Origin: Yuukianura sp. NJ FZ-2021 | Taxonomy: Eukaryota | Length of the DNA stretch: 64,000 nt | Assembly (NCBI GenBank): GCA_046563655.1 | Contig: CM102289.1 | Span: forward strand, 10,106,001-10,170,000 | Reading direction: 5' to 3' | Program-made: the position numbers and the translations under genes | Notes under the pieces: generated by a model | What the model was told of the DNA's origin: nothing | Seen by the model: the letters and a program-made list of their open reading frames with translations, nothing else | Databases searched by the model: none | In this document: piece by piece, positions 30,913-40,900 of the stretch | How positions within the stretch are numbered: the stretch's first letter is position 1 | How the letters are laid out: each line of letters opens with the position of its first letter

Positions 30913-32138
30913 ATGGGATTTAGAAACTTCAATTAAGATCTCTTACCCGATTTTTGGATTGTGTTTCCTGGGATTCGTTACTGTAGTGCATTTGGGAAAG
31001 AGTTTCTTCACATTCTCTCTAGTCACATCTGCATGAATGTTCGTCACGTAGAGACAAAATGGGTCAATGTGCTCAGGGTTATTCGTCACACGCGTGTCAC
31101 TGTCCAGTTTCTCCTCCACCTTAGAATAAAAACAAAGTTAGATAACTATCAACCCAAGCAAGAGAATAAAGATACTTGGAGGTTTTAGAATGAACTGGAA
31201 ATGTTTACTTACGGTGATATTTGAACCAGCGAATTTGACTTTCTTCAACGCCTCCACTCCCTTCTGGACGTCTGCGTCGTGCTTGAAGATGACGAGAAAC
31301 TGTCTGGGTTCGACAGATTTGGCAACGACTGCAGTTTCGATGCCGCCATGCCACGCCTTCACAATTTGCTCTGTGATGGGAGGGTCATGCACTTTGATCA
31401 AGTACACATGACCACCATGACCAGCTCCTGCTCCGCCTTCATTCCTCGCTCGCAGGCTCCAGCCGGTCTTGGATTAGAACCCAATTTCTAAACACAGTCA
31501 CAAGTTTACCAATTGGGAAGAAAGGTAGTGGAGAAGCGTGGATTACTTACGTTAGTCAAGCGTTGGAATCGGCTCTTCTTCTGGGCTTTCTTGTGAATGT
31601 TCTTACTCTGCGCAGACACTTTATTCAATCCTCCATTGGCTTGATCTTTCTTCTGGAACTTATGCTTTGGCTGTTGCGTGGCTGGAGCTTTCGGTGGCGA
31701 TGTGCCTTTCGTCACTTCCAACTTCTTTGCACCCACTGGTGGAGGAGCCACTTTCTTGTTCAAATTCTGAGGTTGAGTCTTGTGATTGTCATGCTTCTGT
31801 TGCTGTTTCGGAGGATCTCCACCTACAGCCAAAAAACAGTTTTTAGAAAAGTTGATTCCAGATATCTGAAAGCAATTAACTGGTTACCTTTGCCTTGTGG
31901 CTGCTTGGGACTTTGTTGACAACCGAAGGACTTGTTTCCTCCGAATTTATTGGGACGCTGACCTTGAGGTCCTCCAGGGGATTTACCTTGTTGGTTTTTC
32001 GGAAATTTGGATGGGTATTGTTTCCCCCAACGGACTGCAAACACAAAACACAATCTTCAAGTCATAATTAAGTCAAGACTTAAGTAAGGAAGGAAAAATA
32101 GGAAGACTTACCTTTCGTTTCTCGGCTGCCATGATCAT
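30913..32138 (-). pseudogene. 5' fragment of a K/Q-rich RRM (nucleolin-like) gene, copy 1, truncated in an intron after the start of RRM2
   Basis: Exons MAAEKRK, PKNQQGKSPGG, VYLIKVHDPP...FLVIFKHDADVQKGVEALKKVKFAGSNITV and DPFCLYVTNIHADVTRENVKKLFP. Confidence 0.7.
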
Positions 32139-32334
32139 GTTCCCTTCAACTATTCAGTACTTCCTACCAGGAAACAACTTGTGGATTAAGCAATGAAGAG
32201 ACGGTGACCTTTAAGTTGGACGACGTCGAGGTCAACGTAATGACAACTGGATGAGCGACTACTGCTGACAAGGAGGAATTCAAAGTGAATCTGAGAACAG
32301 GGACTTCCACTTCACAGAGGAGTAACAAATAACT

Positions 32335-32510
32335 CCACTGGTCCTATTTATAACTTTTTCTTTTCTGAGTGCGGACCGCCCGTGTAACAAAAATTCCGCC
32401 ATAAAGTCACTATCGGAGGCTAATACTCGGAAAAGAGTAGAAACTGCAGATAGAGTTATCTGATTCTTAGACACTCCTATGTTTTGTCTTGAGACAAAGT
32501 GCGGGAACCT
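32335..32510 (+). promoter_or_regulatory. Shared upstream element, diverged copy D, in a bidirectional intergenic region
   Basis: TATTTAT..GAGTGCGGACC..GGCTAATACTCGGAAAA..GAAACTGC..TTATCTGA..TTAGACACT..CTTGAGACAAAGTGCGGGAAC occur in the same order as in copies A-C. Confidence 0.65.
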
Positions 32511-32793
32511 AATTTAAATAGTAGTTTAAGTTGTTAGATTTAACAAATCTACAATTCACAATTCGATTACAAGAAAACAATTACTAAATTAATTAGTAAT
32601 CAAGAATAATTATCTGTTGCTTTGCTTCAGTTTGAATAACAACTTGTGCAACTGTTGTTATTCACTTAATCTGGACCTGGAGGATTAGTGGAGGAAGGCT
32701 CATCTCCAATCAACTAAACGGTAACAATGTAACTTAAAAGGGAATCAGTTTTTACATGTGTTTTTATATCCTTAGGTCAGTTGGTTGTTAACG

Positions 32794-33306
32794 ATGAGTG
32801 ACTCGGACGACACTGACTTGGAGAACTTACGACAACTGGCCCTCAGCAGTCTCCTCAAGAACAACTTCCCTCCCACTTCAGACGAGTGCTGTGAGTGTTT
32901 CCCTTTCCACTTAGTACTTTTCAATCATCACAGTGTTTCTTTTGTTTTGTATTAGGTCTTTTACCGTTCAAACTCCAACCTCATCTCAATTCAACCGGTG
33001 GAGAACTCCAAAACAAGAATGAGGATGATGGACCCACAGAAGAGGAGGATGACAACGGACAGAGTGACGACAGGAGCAGTGGAAGCGAATATGCGGTTGT
33101 CGGTAATTGTCACAACCAATGAAGCTAAAGGAACTGGACGTTGTTATGAATTTGTCGCTGGCTGTTGTGTTTTTCTAGAAGAGGGACTTTCTGTTTCATA
33201 TGGTGATGTGGACCAAGTGATTGAGGAAGTTGTTGTGTCGGAGGGTGAGAACATGAACATGACAAGTCCAGAGGAAGAAGAGGCTGAAGATGCCGCCGTC
33301 AGTTAG
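32794..33306 (+). pseudogene. 5' exons of an unidentified acidic/low-complexity protein gene (MSDSDDTDLENLRQLALSSL...), copy 1
   Basis: ATG at 32794, GT-AG-bounded exons, ends abruptly at a junction with GOSR2. The ATG is ATT in copy 2. Confidence 0.5.
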
Positions 33307-33365
33307 CCATGCTTCTTTCGACGAGATTCACTTAGGAGTGCATTAGGAGTAACCTAATGTCAGAC

Positions 33366-33760
33366 TGAGAAGATTTGCTCAGTCGTCGATTCACGCCAAA
33401 TGACAACACGAGTATCAACATTGACTATTCCATCCAGCATCACAGTTCTCTCCAGGTTAGCTCATAACATCATAAACTACAAATCCCGCAATGCCAAATA
33501 AAATGTCACTTTACCAGAACGCCCACCGTGGAATCGATGACATGCTGTCGCTGGGGTACCAAATACTTGGGAATTTGCGTGATCAGGAGTCCATCCTGAA
33601 GCAAACGAAGACAAGGATTCTAAACTTTAACAAACACACTGGGACTAACACCGTGATGCAGTTCATAGAACGCCGTGCATACCAAGACAAGTTGGTTCTC
33701 TACGGTGGGATGCTTCTCACACTGACCATCATCTTTTTCATTTGCATGTACTTTCTCTAG
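33366..33760 (+). pseudogene. GOSR2: Golgi SNARE GOSR2/membrin 3' fragment (last 1.5 exons), copy 1
   Basis: EDLLSRRFTPNDNTSINIDYSIQHHSSLQ|NAHRGIDDML..GYQILGNLRDQ..NTVMQFIERRAYQDK plus a C-terminal TM helix. Confidence 0.85.
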
Positions 33761-33968
33761 ACCTTTCTCCCAACCTCATCTGTGATTCATGTCCCTAACT
33801 TCTAAGCTTATTAAATCATATCGTCCGTTTTCCTAAAATACGAGAGGATCTACCGGAGAGAAGAAGTGATTAGAATTAGTTGGATATTTCGTTTTAATCA
33901 AAGATACCTCGCCATGCCATCCACTGAAGTTTAATGGAAACTAGTGTTTAATTAGTAATTGAAGTACA

Positions 33969-34484
33969 CTATGGTCCAGCGGGGGCATGAGGGGCAGAGG
34001 TTCTTATGATGTCAGAGTCACCAGGATCCGTGATGGAGAGGGTGCAGACTCGGAAGTACTTTCCACAGGCAGTCCCTAGCTCAATGTTCTTTCCAGTGTA
34101 GTGGTGGACTCCAGTCTTGGCCAACATTCCGTAGTACTCAATCTCTCACTTTCTAAAGACAGAGGAAGAGAAACACGACAGTCAAGTGCTGCGTCCCAAC
34201 ATCCATCAGCAGCACACCATTTGTAAATTGGGAGAGAGGAGTGACTTACCTGAGTGGCGGAGTGTTGTTGGCGATGATGATGAGTTTGACCTTGTCATGT
34301 CTCAGTCACTTGATGGCCTGTTTGTAGCCTAGCACAACTTTTCCTGACTTCATCACAAGGGCCAGTCGGGAGTTGATGCTCTCCGCACTCTTTTTCTAAA
34401 AAACAATCAAAACATGGTAAATGCACAACTGGAGGGAAGCAGCATGTGACATGGTCTCTTTACCTGTTTTTTTGAAGCAACCAT
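33969..34484 (-). pseudogene. RPL30: 60S ribosomal protein L30, three exons, premature stops, copy 1
   Basis: [78 protein letters not shown]; pyrimidine TCT/TOP tract upstream at ~34505-34516. Confidence 0.93.
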
Positions 34485-34537
34485 TTTGAAGTTTCTGGAT
34501 TTGATGAAAGAAAGGACTTGTTAAGGGACCTGGACAG

Positions 34538-35285
34538 TAGACTGGCCGGGAAAACCAATGTTTTTTTTTCTCGGAACGCAGTCCCCGCTAAAACGATAGT
34601 TATAATATAGAAAAAATTCAGTAAAAATTTTGGCCCGATTGGTCAACGTTTAGGGGTCGCGCAGGGCACTGGAAGTTTTACGTAAATGTGGGTAAGAGGT
34701 CAAATTTTGACTGCGCATGACCTCACCCGAGTAGTACCTCGTTCGAACCGTCTTGACCTACTGATTCCAAAAATATATAAATGTTGACCATTATGACCTC
34801 CCGTTGACCTGCGGACGGGGAGTGGGGGGTTAGGGTGGGGGTGCATGATCAGGGCGCTGCGCATGACCCTACCCGAGTAGCACTTCATTCGAACCGCCTT
34901 GACCTACTGATTCAAAAAATATATAAATGTTGACCCCTATGACCTTCCGTTGACCTGCTGGGTCAAAATGATCATGATTATGCACCCCATCCCAACCCCC
35001 CTCCCCGTCCGGAGGTCAACGGGAGGTCATAATGGTCAACATTTATATATTTTTGGAATCAGTATGTCAAGGCGGTTCGAATGAGGTGCTACTCGGGTGG
35101 GGTCATGCGCAGTCAAAATTTGACCTCTTACCCACATTTACGTAAAACTTCCAGTGCCCTGCGCGACCCCTAAACGTTGACCAATCGGGCCAAAATTTTT
35201 ACTGAATTTTTTCTATATTATAACTATCGTTTTAGCGGGGACTGCGTTCCGAGAAAAAAAAAACTTGGATTTGCCGGCCAGTCTA
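34538..35285. mobile_element. Non-autonomous hAT-type fold-back element (748 bp) with 8-bp TSD
   Basis: TIR TAGACTGGCCGG/CCGGCCAGTCTA, ~300-bp near-perfect inverted arms, TSD CTGGACAG at 34530-34537 and 35286-35293. The empty site is present in copy 2 (~53428-53435). Confidence 0.93.
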
Positions 35286-36669
35286 CTGGACAGCAATAGG
35301 ATACGAATGAAACCATTTGAATGCTTCATGAGTCGGTAGTTACTCGTAAGAATGAATTACTGCTTACCTAGTAAATCGATGACCACCGACCAGTAGACCA
35401 GTAACACCGAAACACGTTTCTTCCTTGTTACTCGCAAAGAACGAAATGCACAAATGATGGACAGAGACCGTATCCTCCTCCCCTTGTCCACTTCATCCGA
35501 AACTCCTGTTTTCAAATTCACAACTTAATTAACTTTATCCTACTTACAAATTCCACTCTAAATCCGACTTTAATTTTGAATAAACATACCTGCACCGTAG
35601 ATGTCCATTGAGGCAGTGAACATGACCAACTCCAACTATTTGGAAACCTACGCAAAGGAATTCATTTGTTATCATGCATGTTGTCTTTTATGCATTAAAA
35701 CTTACGACATCCAGGAAGTAGTCGACGTGTGGTCGTTTGTGGACAAAAAACCGAACTGGATGCCGCTCAATCGTTACTTTGAGTATAAAGTCCGGAGGTG
35801 TCTCTGGCTTAACGCTTTCCCTAACCAAAGTAGAGATTAATGGAGATGACAATTAAAGGTACGAGTTCCAGACATTACCTTTGAATTGCATCGTGACGAG
35901 AATGGATGAGTGTTTAGTCCACATCCAGTGCAAGTACTTTCCTCCGAACAGCTGACAGCCTGTGTTTGGATAAAGGCGACAATGGAATCTCCTCAGACTT
36001 GACTGTCTCATGCTGAATAATCTAAAAACAATGGAAATAGAGGAGTCAATTAAACAATGTGTTTGGATTTGGTTCATTTTGGTGCCTTACCTTTTCTTGC
36101 GTTCTTCTTCATGAAGTAGGTGAGGCAGTTCCAAATCCTGTTAAAAGTATGAGATGTCTAATGGCCACTTCCGCATATTTCCATATCGCAACGTCAATCT
36201 CCAGAAGAAAGGACGATACGTGTGGAAGTCCAATCAAACGTTGGTCCTTGGATGGAGTGTGGATCTGGAAATAGAAGAGTCCAAACTATGAGAATAATCG
36301 ATGACCAAATGACTGGATTCCAGTCAACTACTTTTACTTGACTTTAATTGTGTTGTTCCTTACCTTAATCTTTCACAAATAGTTGATCCAGCTTCAATTC
36401 GTAGTTGTGCTGGTCGTAGATTAACTAAAACTCAGTTTAATTGGTTTAATTAATTAGTTAATCGTGAACTTTGCACTATTAAGGAAGAAATCAACAAAAC
36501 AACTTAAATCTTTAATTTTTAAAAGTAAATCAGCTGGCGCATGCGCGCACTCGGAATAACAAAATTGAAAATTTTGAGTAGAGGTCGGCGCCTCGCACTC
36601 CATAGCCACAAAAACTGCAAAGTACCCTTAATTAAATTAATTACTTGATTACTCTTTAATTAAAGCATA

Positions 36670-37410
36670 TAGAACTCCGGGATTTGTTATCTGACATTAA
36701 ACATAATGTATTCTTTGTGATATAACGTATTCCGGAGTTTTAACATGCGTAATTAGCCTAATTTCTACTATTGTACCAAAACCATGGTCGCAGCTACTTG
36801 CGATAACTACGATTGCTGATTACACCTTAAGTAATCGATTTAAAATCCTGAAATGTGTTATGTCAGCTTGTAATCGATTGGTTCTTTGCCGTATAACGTA
36901 TTCCAGAGTTTTAAAATGCTTAATTAGCTTTAATTTTCACTTTTGTGCCAAACTCACGATCGCATGTACCTGCGATGTCTGCGATTGCAGATTACTCGTA
37001 GAGTAATCGATTTAAAATCCTGAAATGTGTTAAATCGACTTGTAATTGATTAGTTCTTTCCCATATAACGTATTCCGGAGTTTTAAAGTGCTTAATTAGC
37101 TTCATTTTTCACTATTGGACCAAAATCTTGATCGCCAGTACTTGCGATTTCTACGATTGCTGATTACGCCTAAAGTAATCGATTTAAAATCCTGAAATGT
37201 GTTATATCAGCTTGTAATCGATTAGTTCTTTGCCAAATGACGTATTCCAGAATTTTAATTTGCATAATTAAGCTAATTAGCGCCTATTGTCCTCAAATTC
37301 AGTTTTTGCTTAATTATTCAGTAACTATGCAAATTAAAATTCTGGAATACGTTATCTCGACTTGTAATTGATTAGTTCTTTGCCGTATTACGTATTCCAG
37401 AATTTTAAGA
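36670..37410. repeat. ~172-bp degenerate tandem repeat (3-4 units) ending in a 26-bp inverted repeat, copy 1
   Basis: TAAAATCCTGAAATGTG at ~36841, 37013 and 37185; IR CGTATTCCAGAATTTTAATTTGCATA / TATGCAAATTAAAATTCTGGAATACG at ~37241-37351. Confidence 0.8.
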
Positions 37411-37647
37411 TGACGTTTAGCTCTATTGTCTTAACGCTATTGTGAAAAAAACGCTTTTTTCGTCGGAAAAACGTTTCGGAGATGGCCGAATTTGGTGTCA
37501 AAAGATCGGAAATTTAAAATAGTATCGATTTTGACACCAAAATCTCGCCTATCGGTGGATTTTGCAGTTTTTTTTTGCAAAAAACATGATTTTTTTGCGA
37601 AAAAACACAACATAAATACAAGTTTTGATTCCTTTGCTTTCAGTGTT

Positions 37648-37720
37648 GGCATAGTAGCTTACAGGTTTAGAGCGGGCCTGTTTAGCACTATGGACGGTGG
37701 TTCGAGTCCACCCAGCGGTG
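37648..37720 (+). mobile_element. tRNA-derived SINE-like head, copy 1
   Basis: A-box-like TAGCTTACAGGTTTAGAGC and T-arm GGTGG-TTCGAGT-CCACC; no proper anticodon or acceptor stem. Confidence 0.6.
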
Positions 37721-37984
37721 TGGGTTTTTAGAGACGCCGTAGCTATGCACCAGGCTCTCCTACCCCCCGTGTTGTTTGTTTGGGGGGTAGGGTTAGAGTA
37801 GGTTTGGATAGGTTCGGTGTTCATCGAGTTGGTTCATCGAATGGGTTCTCAATGAACGCATAAGCACTAATGCTTGGTGGATGAACGATGAACGCGAATA
37901 CAATAACGCTTGGTCGATGAACACTCAAGCTCATGCTGCAATACTAGAATTTGGGAAAACAGGGTTCGTAATGGGATATGGAAA

Positions 37985-40900
37985 TGGCAAAATTCCGAAA
38001 ATCCTAAAACACTAAAAACCTAAAGAGCAAAACTCCCAAAATCCGAAAATCCTAAAACACTAAAATCCTAAAGAGCAAAACTCCCAAATTCCGAAAATCC
38101 TAAAACACTAGGGGTCAACCATTTCTTTGCACTTCATCGCAGTTTGAGTTGGCAGTTGGAAATCTGCGAGAGTGCGAGAGTGCGAAAGAGATATTTATAG
38201 AAGCCTCTGAGGGTCGCAGATTTTTGAGTTGGAAAAAGAAAATTGCACTTCTCCTGATTGTCTGTTGGGTACAGGCGGGTACAGGCGAACTCAAAAAATC
38301 TGCGATCGCTCGCACTTTACCAACAGCTGATCAAGTGCGAGAGTGCCACTGCAATTTTCTGCGAGGAAATGGTTGACCCCTACTAAAATCCTAAAGAGCA
38401 AAACTCCCAAAATCCGAAAATCCTAAAACACTAAAATCCTAAAGAGCAAAACTCCCAAAATCCGAAAATCCTAAAACACTAAAAACCTAAAAAGCAAAAT
38501 TCCCAAAATCCGAAAATCCTAAAACACTAAAAACCTAAAAAGCAAAATTCCCAAAATCCGAAAATCCTAAAACACTAAAAACCTAAAGAGCAAAATTCCC
38601 AAAATCCGAAAATATTAAAACACTAAAAACCTAAAGAGCAAAATTCCCAAAATCCGAAAATCCTAAAACACTAAAAACCTAAAGAGCAAAATTCGAAAAT
38701 CCGAAAATCCTAAAACACTAAAACCCTAAACTACAAAATTCCCAAAATCCGAAAACCCTAAAGTCCGAAAACACTAAAATCCTAAACCGCAAAATCCCTA
38801 AAATCCGAAAATCCTTGAGTCCTAAAACACTAAAATCCTAAACTACAAGATTCCCAAAATTCCCAAAATCCGAAAATCCTAAAACACTAAAAACCTAAAG
38901 AGCAAAATTCCCAAAATCCGAAAATCCTAAAACACTAAAAACCTAAAGAGCAAAATTCCCAAAATCCGAAAATCCTAAAACACTAAAAACCTAAAGAGCA
39001 AAATTCCCAAAATCCGAAAATCCTAAAACACTAAAAACCTAAAGAGCAAAATTCCCAAAATCCGAAAATCCTAAAACACTAAAAACCTAAAGAGCAAAAT
39101 TCCCAAAATCCGAAAATCCTAAAACACTAAAAACCTAAAGAGCAAAATTCCCAAAATCCGAAAATCCTAAAACACTAAAAACCTAAAGAGCAAAATTCCC
39201 AAAATCCGAAAATCCTAAAACACTAAAAACCTAAAGAGCAAAATTCCCAAAATCCGAAAATCCTAAAACACTAAAAACCTAAAGAGCAAAATTCCCAAAA
39301 TCCGAAAATCCTAAAACACTAAAAACCTAAAGAGCAAAATTCCCAAAATCCGAAAATCCTAAAACACTAAAAACCTAAAGAGCAAAATTCCCAAAATCCG
39401 AAAATCCTAAAACACGAAGGAGCAAAATTCCCAAAATCCGAAAATCCTAAAACACTAAAAACCTAAAGAGCAAAATTCCCAAAATCCGAAAATCCTAAAA
39501 CACTAAAAACCTAAAGAGCAAAATTCCCAAAATCCGAAAATCCTAAAACACTAAAAACCTAAAGAGCAAAATTCCCAAAATCCGAAAATCCTAAAACACT
39601 AAAAACCTAAAGAGCAAAATTCCCAAAATCCGAAAATCCTAAAACACAAAAATCCTAAAGAGCAAAACTCCCAAAATCCGAAAATCCTAAAACACGAAGA
39701 AGCAAAATTCCCAAAATCCGAAAATCCTAAAACACTAAAAACCTAAAGAGCAAAATTCCCAAAATCCGAAAATCCTAAAACACTAAAAACCTAAAGAGCA
39801 AAATTCCCAAAATCCGAAAATCCTAAAACACTAAAAACCTAAAGAGCAAAATTCCCAAAATCCGAAAATCCTAAAACACTAAAAACCTAAAGAGCAAAAT
39901 TCCCAAAATCCGAAAATCCTAAAACACTAAAAACCTAAAGAGCAAAATTCCCAAAATCCGAAAATCCTAAAACACTAAAAACCTAAAGAGCAAAATTCCC
40001 AAAATCCGAAAATCCTAAAACACTAAAAACCTAAAGAGCAAAATTCCCAAAATCCGAAAATCCTAAAACACTAAAAACCTAAAGAGCAAAATTCCCAAAA
40101 TCCGAAAATCCTAAAACACTAAAAACCTAAAGAGCAAAATTCCCAAAATCCGAAAATCCTAAAACACTAAAAACCTAAAGAGCAAAATTCCCAAAATCCG
40201 AAAATCCTAAAACACTAAAAACCTAAAGAGCAAAATTCCCAAAATCCGAAAATCCTAAAACACGAAGGAGCAAAATTCTCAAAATTCGAAAATCCTAAAA
40301 CACTAAAAATCTAAAGAGCAAAATTCCCAAAATCCGAAAATCCTAAAACACTAAAAACCTAAAGAGCAAAATTCCCAAAATCCGAAAATCCTAAAACACT
40401 AAAAACCTAAAGAGCAAAATTCCCAAAATCCGAAAATCCTAAAACACTAAAAACCTAAAGAGCAAAATTCCCAAAATCCGAAAATCCTAAAACACGAAGG
40501 AGCAAAATTCTCAAAATTCGAAAATCCTAAAACACTAAAAATCTAAAGAGCAAAATTCCCAAAATCCGAAAATCCTAAAACACTAAAAACCTAAAGAGCA
40601 AAATTCCCAAAATCCGGAAATCCTAAAACACTAAAAACCTAAAGAGCAAAATTCCCAAAATCCGAAATTCCTAAAACACGAAGAAGCAAAATTCCCAAAA
40701 TCCGAAAATCCTAAAACACTAAAAACCTAAAGAGCAAAACTCCCAAAATCCGAAATTCCTAAAACACGAAGAAGCAAAATTCCCAAAATCCGAAATTCCT
40801 AAAACACGAAGAAGCAAAATTCCCAAAATCCGAAAATCCTAAAACACTAAAAACCTAAAAAGCAAAATTCCCAAAATCCGAAAATCCTAAAACACTAAAA

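Larger units (their letters stand above)
28065..36186 (-). pseudogene. CTDNEP1: CTD nuclear envelope phosphatase 1 (Dullard), copy 1, split by two insertions; 5' exons 35472-36186, 3' exons 28065-28416
   Basis: [55 protein letters not shown] and LVMFTASMDIYGA on the 5' side. [43 protein letters not shown] and [25 protein letters not shown] on the 3' side. Start ATG is changed to ATA. Confidence 0.92.

Noticed and set aside
32794..33306. Naming the fragment ZFC3H1
   Set aside because: Only a short LRQLAL-type motif supports it, which is not specific enough.
28433..35471. Helitron or Pack-MULE carrying gene fragments
   Set aside because: No 5'-TC / hairpin-CTRR ends or TIRs found at the insert boundaries. 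The junctions show host-sequence duplication and templated filler instead. Not fully excluded without a genome search.
38115..38376. ORFs inside the 274-bp MITE (and 37437-37824)
   Set aside because: Short, no transposase motifs; conserved between copies only because the DNA is nearly identical.
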